From Candidatus Poribacteria bacterium (GTDB taxonomy: Bacteria > Poribacteria > WGA-4E > PCPOR2b), in assembly GCA_965215015.1 (NCBI GenBank), contig OZ244042.1, positions 5,600,001 to 5,664,000 of the forward strand: 64,000 nucleotides of DNA, in the 5' to 3' direction. How positions within the stretch are numbered: the first letter of the stretch is position 1; the number at the start of each line of letters is the position of its first letter. Made by a program: the position numbers and the translations under genes. This document shows positions 40,413 to 49,583 of this stretch, in pieces. The notes beneath the pieces were generated by a model. That model did not search any database, had not been told where the DNA came from, and saw only the letters and a program-made list of their open reading frames with translations.

Positions 40413-41189
40413 TCACTCAGGTCCGTACTGTCCCATATATCCTGTGCGGCCTCCGAGGATTTCCTTGAGTTCCCCTTCGCTAGCGTCGATCACTTCCTGC
40501 GTCGGACTGCATCCGGGCCAGCACTGCATCCATGGCGGGGTGAAACCGTAGAACATCGTATAACGGGTTCGCTCGGAGAGGATTGGGACGCCGGTATGAA
40601 CCAACGCCTCCGTGAAGTGCATCACCGATCCGGCCTTCGCTTCAATCTGAACAACCATCGTAGGGTCGAAGATTTCTCGCCAATCCTGCGCTTCAATTCG
40701 ATGTGAACCGTCCAGAATCATTGTGCCTCCATGTTCGGGATCAACGTCCGTTAGGTAGGTGGCATTGTTAAGAAACGTTGTGTTGATGTAGGGATGGTTG
40801 TTCGCCGGCACGATGCCATATTTCGGTCGAATGCCGCGATGCCACCCCATCTTTTCCGCGTCCCGAAGTTCATCGCGCCGTGTCGCCCGGTCTGGATGCG
40901 GGGATTTTATCATTGCGTGACAGCACTCAAAACGTGGAGGCGTTCCCAAGAGCTGCTTCAGAACGGGCAAAATCTTCGGCGACAGGATCCAATCCCGATA
41001 GATTGGGTCGTGGTTTACCATGTTGTTGATGTTCTTGATGTCCTCGGTATCCTTCATGGTCGAGACTTTTCTTTCGTAGAGGCGATCGAGGCCGCGCTTA
41101 AAGGCATCGACCTCTTCAGAGCTGAATACGTCCTCTTGAAGCACCCAACCATGAACCGCGAAATGGTAGAGTTGTGCATCGGTCAGCAT
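40413..41189 (-). CDS. Phytanoyl-CoA dioxygenase (PhyH) family protein
   Basis: Motifs WHRG, YLTDV..GGT.IL.GSH and AGSV.HF.EALVH. Confidence 0.88.
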   Translation of the reverse strand: MLTDAQLYHFAVHGWVLQEDVFSSEEVDAFKRGLDRLYERKVSTMKDTEDIKNINNMVNHDPIYRDWILSPKILPVLKQLLGTPPRFECCHAMIKSPHPDRATRRDELRDAEKMGWHRGIRPKYGIVPANNHPYINTTFLNNATYLTDVDPEHGGTMILDGSHRIEAQDWREIFDPTMVVQIEAKAGSVMHFTEALVHTGVPILSERTRYTMFYGFTPPWMQCWPGCSPTQEVIDASEGELKEILGGRTGYMGQYGPE

Positions 41190-41246
41190 CGCTCACTCCT
41201 ATCAATGGTTAAAGGCTTTGGGTCAATTTTTAACCTCTTTTAACCT

Positions 41247-42008
41247 CTAAATTTTCCCCTCTTTTTCCCATCGTTCCATCAGCTCTTTCCTGTACACCTC
41301 CTGACGTTCTTTATCCGCCTTGGCACGTTGGGCGTAATAGACAAGCCCCAATGCCCGGCGTGGCTTCGCAGTGGGATTCGGACCTGCGCGATGAATGGTC
41401 ATGCAGTGGTGCACGATTAGATCGCCCGGAGCGGCATGGATAGCTGCCTCTGCTTGGTAGTCCGTCTCCCCGTAGTCCGTAACCCCGAGGGAGAACCCGA
41501 ACACAGCTGTCTGGCGGTGGGGTCTCATACCTCGGCGGTGAGAACCCCGTACATAGTGAATGCAGCCGTTCTCGTTATTCACCGTATCTAGTGCCAACCA
41601 CAACGTCAGTGCCTCGTTCGGTTCGAGCATGAAGTAGAACCCATCCTGGTGGGGCGGTGTCTCTGCACCGCTGTGGGCGGGTTTCGTGAACCACTCCATA
41701 TTTTTACTTATAACCCCATCATCTAGCAGCAATTCCGCCAGCTTGGTAAACCGGGCACTCTCAGTAAGTTCCTTAAAATGGCTGTCGTAAGACGCCATGC
41801 GCTGCAACCGCATAATGCTTTCAGTCTGTCCCTTGACTTCGTAAAAGGCTGCGTCCGAGGGCAATCCGGGCAACGTCTCCACAATGAACCGATCAATGTG
41901 AGCGTTTAATGCCGCTGTCTCTTCCGGGGTATAGAAGCCGGGAATGACCACAAATCCATCTCGATCAAAGGCCTCCTTGAGTTGTTGTGAATCCTTCCGC
42001 CAATCCAT
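41247..42008 (-). CDS. PhyH-family 2OG/Fe(II) dioxygenase
   Basis: Motifs PHQD, WLALD, NGC..Y.RGSH and H..TIH. Confidence 0.9.
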   Translation of the reverse strand: MDWRKDSQQLKEAFDRDGFVVIPGFYTPEETAALNAHIDRFIVETLPGLPSDAAFYEVKGQTESIMRLQRMASYDSHFKELTESARFTKLAELLLDDGVISKNMEWFTKPAHSGAETPPHQDGFYFMLEPNEALTLWLALDTVNNENGCIHYVRGSHRRGMRPHRQTAVFGFSLGVTDYGETDYQAEAAIHAAPGDLIVHHCMTIHRAGPNPTAKPRRALGLVYYAQRAKADKERQEVYRKELMERWEKEGKI

Positions 42009-42028
42009 TTGAACTCCTTTCTATTATA

Positions 42029-42198
42029 TAGGATTTACGCAGTTGAACGCTCGAAGCCTCCGTTCCGAGAGCCTTCGACTTGTATTGTAGTTCGGCGATT
42101 TATCCCCACTGGACATCCTTCCTAACGCCCGATGAATCGGGGGTCTACAACAGAGGCTCCATAAGGAGTTCGTAGGGAACACCGATCGGTTTCCCTTC
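42029..42198. repeat. Cluster of a TAGGATTTACGCA end plus GTAG REP-like palindromes
   Basis: Motifs at 42029, 42087-42148 and 42172-42198. The last matches 16788-16814. Confidence 0.65.
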
Positions 42199-42234
42199 GC
42201 ATTTTGCACCTTCTTACATGACCTCACCCCTTTA

Positions 42235-43341
42235 TTAGCCTTCCAATCGTAGTTTTACCCAGCGCGTATGGGTAACTCCCGCCACAGTACACCAGAAATA
42301 GGTCATCACATCGCCATCCGGCAGCAGTGTCCCGCCGGGCTTGCCAAAAGCGATTTGCATGTGTTCAGCGAGGAAGTTCTCGGATTCAGGTTCGCCAAGG
42401 GTTGCCTCTTTTCCTGCGTCAAAGACCACCACCTCGTTTTCTACATCGAAATGCTCAAGGTCCTCGGTCAGTGCCACATGGATGCCTTGGGGTTCATGTC
42501 GGAAGTTGTAGATTGCCGCTACACGACCGTCGGGCAGCGGGATAGGCGTGCAGACCTGACCGCGCAGGTTCGTCGGTTGGGGTTCGGACCAGGTACGTCC
42601 ACCGTCTTCGGAGATTACCCAGTGGTTCGTCAAATCCTCGGAGGTCCCGTACTGGTGGGTCCAGATTAGGGTATAGATACGTCCATCCGGTAAGAGAGCG
42701 CACATCTGATCCCACCAGAGCAACGCTCCTGTGAGGTTATCTGCGACGACGGTGAACTCTCCCCACGTTTGTCCCTGATCCGCGGAGAATACCGCTGCTG
42801 CCTTCTGATCGGGAGGACCTTCGTACCCTTCCGGCTTCCACGTTTCGAGGGGGTACATCCACCGATCCGACGCGAGTTGTAGGAGGCTCCCCGCTCCATT
42901 CCATGTGTACTTTTCGGGCGGTAGGTCTACCGGCACGACCTGCGGCGTCGACCAAGTTTTGCCCTGATCCGCCGACCAGAATAGCAGCATCTCCGGACGC
43001 TGCAAGGCTTCTGATTCTGCATCAAAGAGCGTGTCGCCCTCGTTTTCAAAGCGGGTAGCGTTCATCACCAAACGACCGTCGGGCCCCTCGCTAATCATCG
43101 GACCCCGGTAGGACCATCCGTCGGTGGGTAGCGCTCCGGGATGGATACTCCCTTCGTTCACCCATGTTGTGCCCCCATCCCCTGAACGAAGAACCTCAAT
43201 GTGATTGTCCGGTGTGCCTAACCCCTGCCCGACATGCTGGCAGGCGATAAAGCTGCCATCTGTGAGGGGGGTAATCACGGGCATATACGCCCCCCGTTCG
43301 CTCTGATGGGAGATGACGCCGCTGTCAATAATTTTTAACAT
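42235..43341 (-). CDS. BNR/Asp-box repeat (sialidase-like) beta-propeller protein
   Basis: Four S.D.G.TW Asp-boxes. Confidence 0.85.
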   Translation of the reverse strand: MLKIIDSGVISHQSERGAYMPVITPLTDGSFIACQHVGQGLGTPDNHIEVLRSGDGGTTWVNEGSIHPGALPTDGWSYRGPMISEGPDGRLVMNATRFENEGDTLFDAESEALQRPEMLLFWSADQGKTWSTPQVVPVDLPPEKYTWNGAGSLLQLASDRWMYPLETWKPEGYEGPPDQKAAAVFSADQGQTWGEFTVVADNLTGALLWWDQMCALLPDGRIYTLIWTHQYGTSEDLTNHWVISEDGGRTWSEPQPTNLRGQVCTPIPLPDGRVAAIYNFRHEPQGIHVALTEDLEHFDVENEVVVFDAGKEATLGEPESENFLAEHMQIAFGKPGGTLLPDGDVMTYFWCTVAGVTHTRWVKLRLEG

Positions 43342-43500
43342 CTTTTGTTTCCTTATTCTGGGTCATGGATTAAGCGGATGACACAGATAACACGAATTTT
43401 TGCATCCGTGATAGCCACGATGCAAACACGTCTGTGTGGTATTAGTGCGCTAATTTAGTAAAGATCTCGAATCGTTGATTCAATGAGGTTTTTGAGATGT

Positions 43501-44682
43501 TCATCGCCGGCCTGTTTCGCAAGTCTCAATGCCGTTTAAAGCCTCTTCAACACTACCTAACCTATGCTTTGCCAAACCTAGACTATTATAGGCTGCTGCA
43601 TAATCGGGCTTCAGTTCTATCGCTTTGTCGAAGTCCCTAATAGCGAGATCAATCGCGTCCCTTTGGAAGTGGGCCTCCCCGCGATTGTTATAGGCTTTGG
43701 CGAGCCGTGGATTCAATTTTATCGCTTGGGTATAGTCTTCAATGGCAGCGTCATAATCGCCTTTGTTTTTGTAAGTATTACCCCGATTGTTATAGGCTTC
43801 GGCGAGCCGTGGATTCAATTTTATCGCTTGGGTATAGTCTTCAATGGCAGCGTCATAATCGCCTCCGAAGTCATAAGCTACCCCACGATTGTTATAGGAT
43901 TCGGCATAATCGGGATCAAGTTGTATCGCTTTGGTAAAGTGCTCAATTGCCTTGTGGTTATATTGGGTTCTTTCTTGGGGGTTGTCCGCTTCATCCCTTC
44001 TGTTTTGATAGATAATACCTCGATTATGTTCGATATTAGCACTCCAACGGAGGTCCTGACTTCTAATAAAACCATGAATATCGTGGTAGATTTTTTCGGC
44101 AGAGATGCCGAATTCTTTTTCGAGGTACTTCAGCAGGGGCCGTTTGAGGTCTTTCGGAATCTTGACTATATCATCTTTGCATGGCTTAATAAAACCCTCG
44201 GGCGGCCTAACGAATATGCTCTTCTGAATATGAGGGCGGCTCCCTAGATCTGGATTCTGAGGTTCTTTGATCCAATCTTTTATCGCCCCGTCTTTGTCTT
44301 GCAAGATAATCCTACCCTTTTTGTCAGGATAGCCCTGACCGGCAAAGAAAAGGGCTATACAGTAGTCGGTGGTAAAGTCTATTAGGTTAGTTTTACCGCC
44401 GAAGTGTTGAAGTTGGGTTAAGAGTTCAAATGGGTCGGCTTCGTTGATATACTTTTTGGCATATGCTAGTTCTACTTCTTGAACCCCTTCTACCATTTTT
44501 TCAGGTTGCTCTATCTTACTCTCCTCAAGTTTGCGGTAGAGGGTTGAGGAGACTTTTGGATAGCATTCAGGTTCGCCGCGATAAATATAGTTACCATTCT
44601 CAGATTTTTTGTCTATCTCGTTGATTATTTCCAAAATTCTGTTTAAATCGGTTTGGGACTCGTTTGGGGCCTGACTACTCAT
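43501..44682 (-). CDS. FRG-domain protein with C-terminal TPRs
   Basis: Motifs YRGE and LQHFGGKTNLIDFT..IALFFA, followed by AYNNRG TPRs. The C-terminus looks abrupt. Confidence 0.88.
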   Translation of the reverse strand: MSSQAPNESQTDLNRILEIINEIDKKSENGNYIYRGEPECYPKVSSTLYRKLEESKIEQPEKMVEGVQEVELAYAKKYINEADPFELLTQLQHFGGKTNLIDFTTDYCIALFFAGQGYPDKKGRIILQDKDGAIKDWIKEPQNPDLGSRPHIQKSIFVRPPEGFIKPCKDDIVKIPKDLKRPLLKYLEKEFGISAEKIYHDIHGFIRSQDLRWSANIEHNRGIIYQNRRDEADNPQERTQYNHKAIEHFTKAIQLDPDYAESYNNRGVAYDFGGDYDAAIEDYTQAIKLNPRLAEAYNNRGNTYKNKGDYDAAIEDYTQAIKLNPRLAKAYNNRGEAHFQRDAIDLAIRDFDKAIELKPDYAAAYNSLGLAKHRLGSVEEALNGIETCETGRR

Positions 44683-44718
44683 GATTTTCCTATACTGTCT
44701 CAGATTGTGTGCGGTGTT

Positions 44719-46533
44719 TCACCGTAAGTCTCGAATTGTAGACTCAACTTGAATTTTGAGACGCTTGTCGCCAGTTCGTTTTGCGAGTGCTAATGCTGTT
44801 TGAAAGTCTCTCTTCGCCTCCCAAGGGTGCCCCAGATTATACCTCGCCAAACCCCGAAAGTAGTAGGCATTGGCATCATCGGGGTTGAGTCGAATAGCTG
44901 TGTCAAAATCAGTGATAGCAGCAGAATACTGTCCTAAATTTGCCTTTACTGTGCCCCGCCCGTTGTATGCGTCGGCATAATCTGGGTTGAGTCGAATAGC
45001 TGTGTCACAATCAGTGATAGCAGCGGCATATTGCCTCAGCATGTACTTCGCCCAGCCCCGATTGTGGTAAGCTTCAGCACTATTGGGTTCAAGGTTAATT
45101 GCTATGTCAAAATCAGCGATAGCAGCGGCATATTGCCCCAACTGTCCCTTCGTCCAACCCCGATTGCAGTAGGGCCAGGCAGAATCAGGTTCAAGGTTAA
45201 TTGCTATGTTATAATCAGCGATAGCAGCGGCATATTGCCCCAACTGTCCCTTCGTCCAACCCCGATTGCAGTAGGGCCAGGCAGAATCAGGTTCAAGGTT
45301 AATTGCTATGTTATAATCAGCGATAGCATCCTCATATTGACCTAACTCCGTCTTTATCCAGGCGCGACCCCCGTAGGCAATGGCATAATCAGGATTAAGC
45401 CGGATGGCTACATCATAATCTGCAATGGCGACATCGTATTGACGCAAACGCGCCCTCGCATAACCACGCCACATATAGGCAAAGACAAAATTGGGATTGA
45501 GCCGGATAGCGGTATCCAAGTCTGTTATAGCGGCAACGTGTTGTCCTAAGTCATTCCTCACAATACCACGCCACATGTAAATGCTGGCATTATTGGGATT
45601 GAGCCGGATAGCACTGTCAAGGTGATTGATGATGGTAACATCTTGTCCTAGGTGGTTTCCCCTTGTAGTTTTCCGATTTTGGAGTTGTCTCTGAACTCTG
45701 AGCCGGATAACAGTGTCAAAATCTGCTATAGCAGCACGTTCTTCTAGCTCGTACTTCGCAATGCCACGCCACATATAGGGATCCGCATAATCGGGATTGA
45801 GACGAATTGCCGTATCAAACTCTACCATAGAGGCCGCGTGCTGACCTTGATTGAACTTTGCAATTCCTTGAGCACATGTTACGAGTCCGTTGAGATAGTT
45901 TGCAGGGATGGCGAAATTCAGATTTTGACCATCGTGGAAGGTCGCGAATGAAACGCCTATCACTTCTCCTCCACCATTGAGGACAGCCCCCCCACTGCTT
46001 CCCGGAGAAATCGGTGCGGTCATCTGGATTCGTTTGTTAGTAGAATCCCCTCGAACCGCACTGATAATGCCGTCCGAGAATGTGCCCTCAAAATATCCTT
46101 TTGGATTGCCTGCAACATAAACTGTGTCGCCAACCTCAACCGTGTCACTGTCGCCGAGAGGCAGCGGTTGGACGCCCGGAACTGACACCTGTAAAATTGC
46201 CAAATCGTGGTTTTCATCGGTCGTGATGGCGGCTTCGATATTGTACTTGGTCTCCTGTCCTACGAGTTTTGCGGTGCCCCGTGCTGCACCGTCAATTACA
46301 TGGAAGTTGGTTACGATGAGATTGGTGTCCACGAAAAATCCGCTCCCCAATCCAAGCGGCTTGCCGTTGGCCTCCTCCATGACCAAGAGCACAGTCGAAG
46401 CTAATGCCTTTTTGGCGATCTGCTGAGGTGTTTGAGCCTTTGCCTCAGGTATACCGCAGAGCAGGAAAATCGAAAACGCGATGGGTACCCACGAGGCTTG
46501 CCCCAACCGCAACGATTTGTTCTTTAACTTCAT
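44719..46533 (-). CDS. Exported trypsin-like serine protease with a TPR array
   Basis: Signal peptide, catalytic triad motifs TNFHV, DLAIL and SPGSSGG, and about 10 TPRs. Confidence 0.92.
   Translation of the reverse strand: MKLKNKSLRLGQASWVPIAFSIFLLCGIPEAKAQTPQQIAKKALASTVLLVMEEANGKPLGLGSGFFVDTNLIVTNFHVIDGAARGTAKLVGQETKYNIEAAITTDENHDLAILQVSVPGVQPLPLGDSDTVEVGDTVYVAGNPKGYFEGTFSDGIISAVRGDSTNKRIQMTAPISPGSSGGAVLNGGGEVIGVSFATFHDGQNLNFAIPANYLNGLVTCAQGIAKFNQGQHAASMVEFDTAIRLNPDYADPYMWRGIAKYELEERAAIADFDTVIRLRVQRQLQNRKTTRGNHLGQDVTIINHLDSAIRLNPNNASIYMWRGIVRNDLGQHVAAITDLDTAIRLNPNFVFAYMWRGYARARLRQYDVAIADYDVAIRLNPDYAIAYGGRAWIKTELGQYEDAIADYNIAINLEPDSAWPYCNRGWTKGQLGQYAAAIADYNIAINLEPDSAWPYCNRGWTKGQLGQYAAAIADFDIAINLEPNSAEAYHNRGWAKYMLRQYAAAITDCDTAIRLNPDYADAYNGRGTVKANLGQYSAAITDFDTAIRLNPDDANAYYFRGLARYNLGHPWEAKRDFQTALALAKRTGDKRLKIQVESTIRDLR
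45111..45328. repeat. Perfect 102-bp (one TPR) intragenic tandem duplication
   Basis: aatcagcgatagca recurs at 45111, 45213 and 45315. Confidence 0.92.
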
Positions 46534-46660
46534 AATCTTCCCCTAACTAAACCCGTATGTCAAGATTCATATCTCGACAAAATACTATCGCGCGATGTTC
46601 TAGGTACTGTCGATTTTGGAAATTTGACCTACAAAAGTCTGTCAAACGTCAACAGCTATT

Positions 46661-47632
46661 TTACTGCCCCGGATAGGCACGGTTCTCTAATTCAGCGATG
46701 AATTTCTCCGCTGAGATAGCTGCTGCGGCACCGGCACCTGCCGCCGTTATCGCTTGGCGAAAGACGTGGTCATGTACGTCACCGGCTGCAAAAACGCCGT
46801 CGATATTAGTGCGCTGGAGTTTGTCCACCATGATATAATCCTGCTCATCCATGTCGATTACGCCTTTGAATAGCTCGGTGTTCGGGATGTGTCCGATAAA
46901 GATAAATACGCCATCAATTGGGAACACCTGCTTTTCGTCGGTTTTCACATTTTTGAGTAGTGCACCGGTAACCTTTTCGTCATCTCCTTGGATCTCCTCG
47001 ACGACCGTATCCCAGATAAACTTGATTTTATCGTTCTTGAAGGCACGTTCCTGCATAATTTGGCTGGCGCGCAGCTGATCCCGACGGTGGACGATATAGA
47101 CTTCTGACGCATACTTTGTCAGGAATATCCCCTCCTCAAGGGCTGCATCGCCTCCGCCGACAACGATGAGGCGTTGGTTCTGGAAAAAGAATCCATCGCA
47201 GGTGGCGCAGTAGGATACACCACGTCCGCCGTACCCTTCTTCGCCGAGGATGTTAAGTGTCCGCGGCGAAGCACCGGTGCAAATGATAACCGATTTAGCG
47301 TGGTACTCCTTGTCATAGGTCTTCAGGTAGAACGGGTGGCGATTGAAATCCACCTCCGTTACCATGTCAAACCGGACTTCAGTTCCAAAACGCTCGGCTT
47401 GTTTCTGCATCCCTGTGATAAATTCTGCGGCTTCAGTCCCGAAGAAACCCGGATAGTTCTCAAGGTCAAGCGTCAGTGAGAGTTGCCCACCGAGCGCGTC
47501 CCCGGTGATGAGTAGCGGCTCCAGCATTGCGCGTGAGGTGTAGACTCCTGCGGCGAAACCCGCCGTGCCGCCACCGATAATGATGATGTTACGCTCTTCC
47601 AAACCATCGCTTCCGTTTTTTATCTCTGCCAC
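46661..47632 (-). CDS. trxB: Thioredoxin reductase
   Basis: Motifs GGQL, CATCDG, GGGDAALEE and FAAGD. Confidence 0.96.
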   Translation of the reverse strand: MAEIKNGSDGLEERNIIIIGGGTAGFAAGVYTSRAMLEPLLITGDALGGQLSLTLDLENYPGFFGTEAAEFITGMQKQAERFGTEVRFDMVTEVDFNRHPFYLKTYDKEYHAKSVIICTGASPRTLNILGEEGYGGRGVSYCATCDGFFFQNQRLIVVGGGDAALEEGIFLTKYASEVYIVHRRDQLRASQIMQERAFKNDKIKFIWDTVVEEIQGDDEKVTGALLKNVKTDEKQVFPIDGVFIFIGHIPNTELFKGVIDMDEQDYIMVDKLQRTNIDGVFAAGDVHDHVFRQAITAAGAGAAAAISAEKFIAELENRAYPGQ

Positions 47633-47897
47633 CTGTTTCTCCTTCTATGTTGAAAATTTCATTCAGTTTCCCCGATTCTGCGAGTTCGGCTAAATCATCG
47701 TCATCGCCGATATGTTGGTCATCAATAAAGATTTGCGGCACATCACGACGCCCTGTTAGCCTTTCGATTTCATCACGCATCGAGGGATTTCCTTGGATGT
47801 TGATTTCTTCAAATTCGATTCCCATCCTGTCAAGGATACCTTTCGCCTTGTAGCAGTATGGGCAGAAACTGGTTGTATACATCTTAACATTTGGCAT
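47589..47897 (-). CDS. Glutaredoxin (Grx3-like)
   Basis: Motifs CPYC and VPQIFI. Confidence 0.92.
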   Translation of the reverse strand: MPNVKMYTTSFCPYCYKAKGILDRMGIEFEEINIQGNPSMRDEIERLTGRRDVPQIFIDDQHIGDDDDLAELAESGKLNEIFNIEGETGGRDKKRKRWFGRA

Positions 47898-47945
47898 CTA
47901 TTCAGTCCTTTCCTGTGTCGCTTCAGATGCGGATTGATTCCACTG

Positions 47946-48395
47946 TCATTTCATAAAGTATAAACGATTCTCCTTGTCTTGATTCCCGTCATCTTCCAAC
48001 TCTTTACACATTTTTCTAATTCGCCTAAACATGCCCTTTGAGATTTCCAGTTCTTCGATAATTTCCGCGGTTGTTCGTGGGGTTCCATCTTTCATCAGTG
48101 CAATTAAGCGGTCTAGTGCTGCTTGGTTATTTTGCTGTGCGATTTTCTGAGCTTCAATCTCTTTTTCCGACAGCTTAGGCTTGGCTGGCTTTTCAGATTT
48201 AGCCTGTTTTGGGTTGCCTTGTAAAGGGATCAGAATGGTATTGACAATCTTTTCTAATTGAGAAATGCGTTCCTCAAGTTTCAACAGACGGGTTTCAGTG
48301 TCTTCATGGGTCAGGTAAAAGTCATAGTCTGGATTTGATCTTCGGTATTCTGCTGGATTCCCCATTGATTTGCCTTGGCGATGTTTTGTTGGCAT
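47946..48395 (-). CDS. Hypothetical protein with a coiled coil and a C-terminal wHTH-like segment
   Basis: RTTAEIIEELEISKGMFRRI. The start codon is uncertain. Confidence 0.55.
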   Translation of the reverse strand: MPTKHRQGKSMGNPAEYRRSNPDYDFYLTHEDTETRLLKLEERISQLEKIVNTILIPLQGNPKQAKSEKPAKPKLSEKEIEAQKIAQQNNQAALDRLIALMKDGTPRTTAEIIEELEISKGMFRRIRKMCKELEDDGNQDKENRLYFMK

Positions 48396-48562
48396 GGTGT
48401 TGTATCTGCTCTTTCCTTTCTGTATGTTGTGCCGCCCGATCTATTCCCGATACATCGGGACAGCGGATTGATTAGTTTTCCTCTCTTATTCGTTATGGTG
48501 TGATGTATCGGGAGCCGAAACCCCCGGCGGAGTTGGTCATTGTGAGGTGCCCAACTCTTTTA

Positions 48563-49381
48563 TTAGTACCGTCTTTCCCAATTCCAACTATCGCTTCCAG
48601 AAATAAGCGGCTTAATATCTTCGGGCAGGGTTTCAACGAACTCAGGGCTGATCTCGTTTCCGGGCCATTCGCGCACCATCGGTGGCGTGTACCCGGCGAC
48701 TAGGATGGTGCGTTCCTTGTCGCTACGGATGGCGGTCGTGCTGTGGATGAGTGATTCTGGAAAGAGCAGGGTCGAGCCAGCGGTTGCCTCAACCTGATAG
48801 ATCAGCTTGTCATCGGAGAGGGCGGCTTCGATCATCTCTTCCCTGTCCCAAGTAAGCCTGTGGCTGCCGGGGATGACGCAGGTGCCGCCGTCGTCGGGGC
48901 CCACATCGGTGAGATAGGTCAATGTCTTGACGAAGATGCAGTGGAACCTGCTCTGTTCGACGTAAGTTCCCCATCCATGCTGTGTCCCACGATGAAATCC
49001 GGTGGGATTATAACGTCGTTTGTAGAGTTCCTCCACATCCGTCTCCGGATCCCTGCGATTGATAATCGCCTCGGTTTCCTCAAGGCGGACCTTGCCCCCA
49101 ACGACCTCCTCAACGAGTGGCACCAGTTTGGGATGGGCAGCATATTCCAGCAGGGCGGGGTTATACTCTACCAGATTGCCTAGCAGTATATGGTGTTCAC
49201 CACGCCTATGGGTGTAAACCCGCTTGGACTTGAGGTCCGGATCTACTTTCATCTGATGGAGCGCGCCCTTCATGCGAGCGACTTCATCGGGGTTCAAAAT
49301 GTTCTCTAGCAGTACAAAACCGTAGATGTCGAAATGCAGCCGTTGTGCGGGGGTGAGCCTAACGGTCTCGGTATTTTTCAT
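48563..49381 (-). CDS. PhyH-family dioxygenase
   Basis: Motifs FHRG, YLTDVGPDDGGT.VIPGSH and ESLIH. Confidence 0.88.
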   Translation of the reverse strand: MKNTETVRLTPAQRLHFDIYGFVLLENILNPDEVARMKGALHQMKVDPDLKSKRVYTHRRGEHHILLGNLVEYNPALLEYAAHPKLVPLVEEVVGGKVRLEETEAIINRRDPETDVEELYKRRYNPTGFHRGTQHGWGTYVEQSRFHCIFVKTLTYLTDVGPDDGGTCVIPGSHRLTWDREEMIEAALSDDKLIYQVEATAGSTLLFPESLIHSTTAIRSDKERTILVAGYTPPMVREWPGNEISPEFVETLPEDIKPLISGSDSWNWERRY

Positions 49382-49583
49382 TTATGCAGCCTTTCACTGT
49401 ATAAATTTGTCCGCTCATATTAAGAAATCGTGTAATTGTATCGAGTGTTATACGGGGCCCGCCAGCGCGAACAACCCTATTGGCGTCTACCTCTAGTGAG
49501 ATTGATTCGGATTCAATCAAAGGTGCTATATCATTACCTCCATAAATGCGTTCGTTTGGGCTTTTGAACTCACTCAGCCTACT

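Noticed and set aside
47589-47632. Frameshifted Grx-TrxB fusion
   Set aside because: trxB has its own AAGGAG RBS before the GTG, so an ordinary gene overlap suffices.
48430-48560. Riboswitch or tRNA upstream of the HTH gene
   Set aside because: Hairpins are present (cccgatacatcggg; gagttgg..ccaactc), but I recognise no aptamer or cloverleaf. An Rfam scan would settle it.
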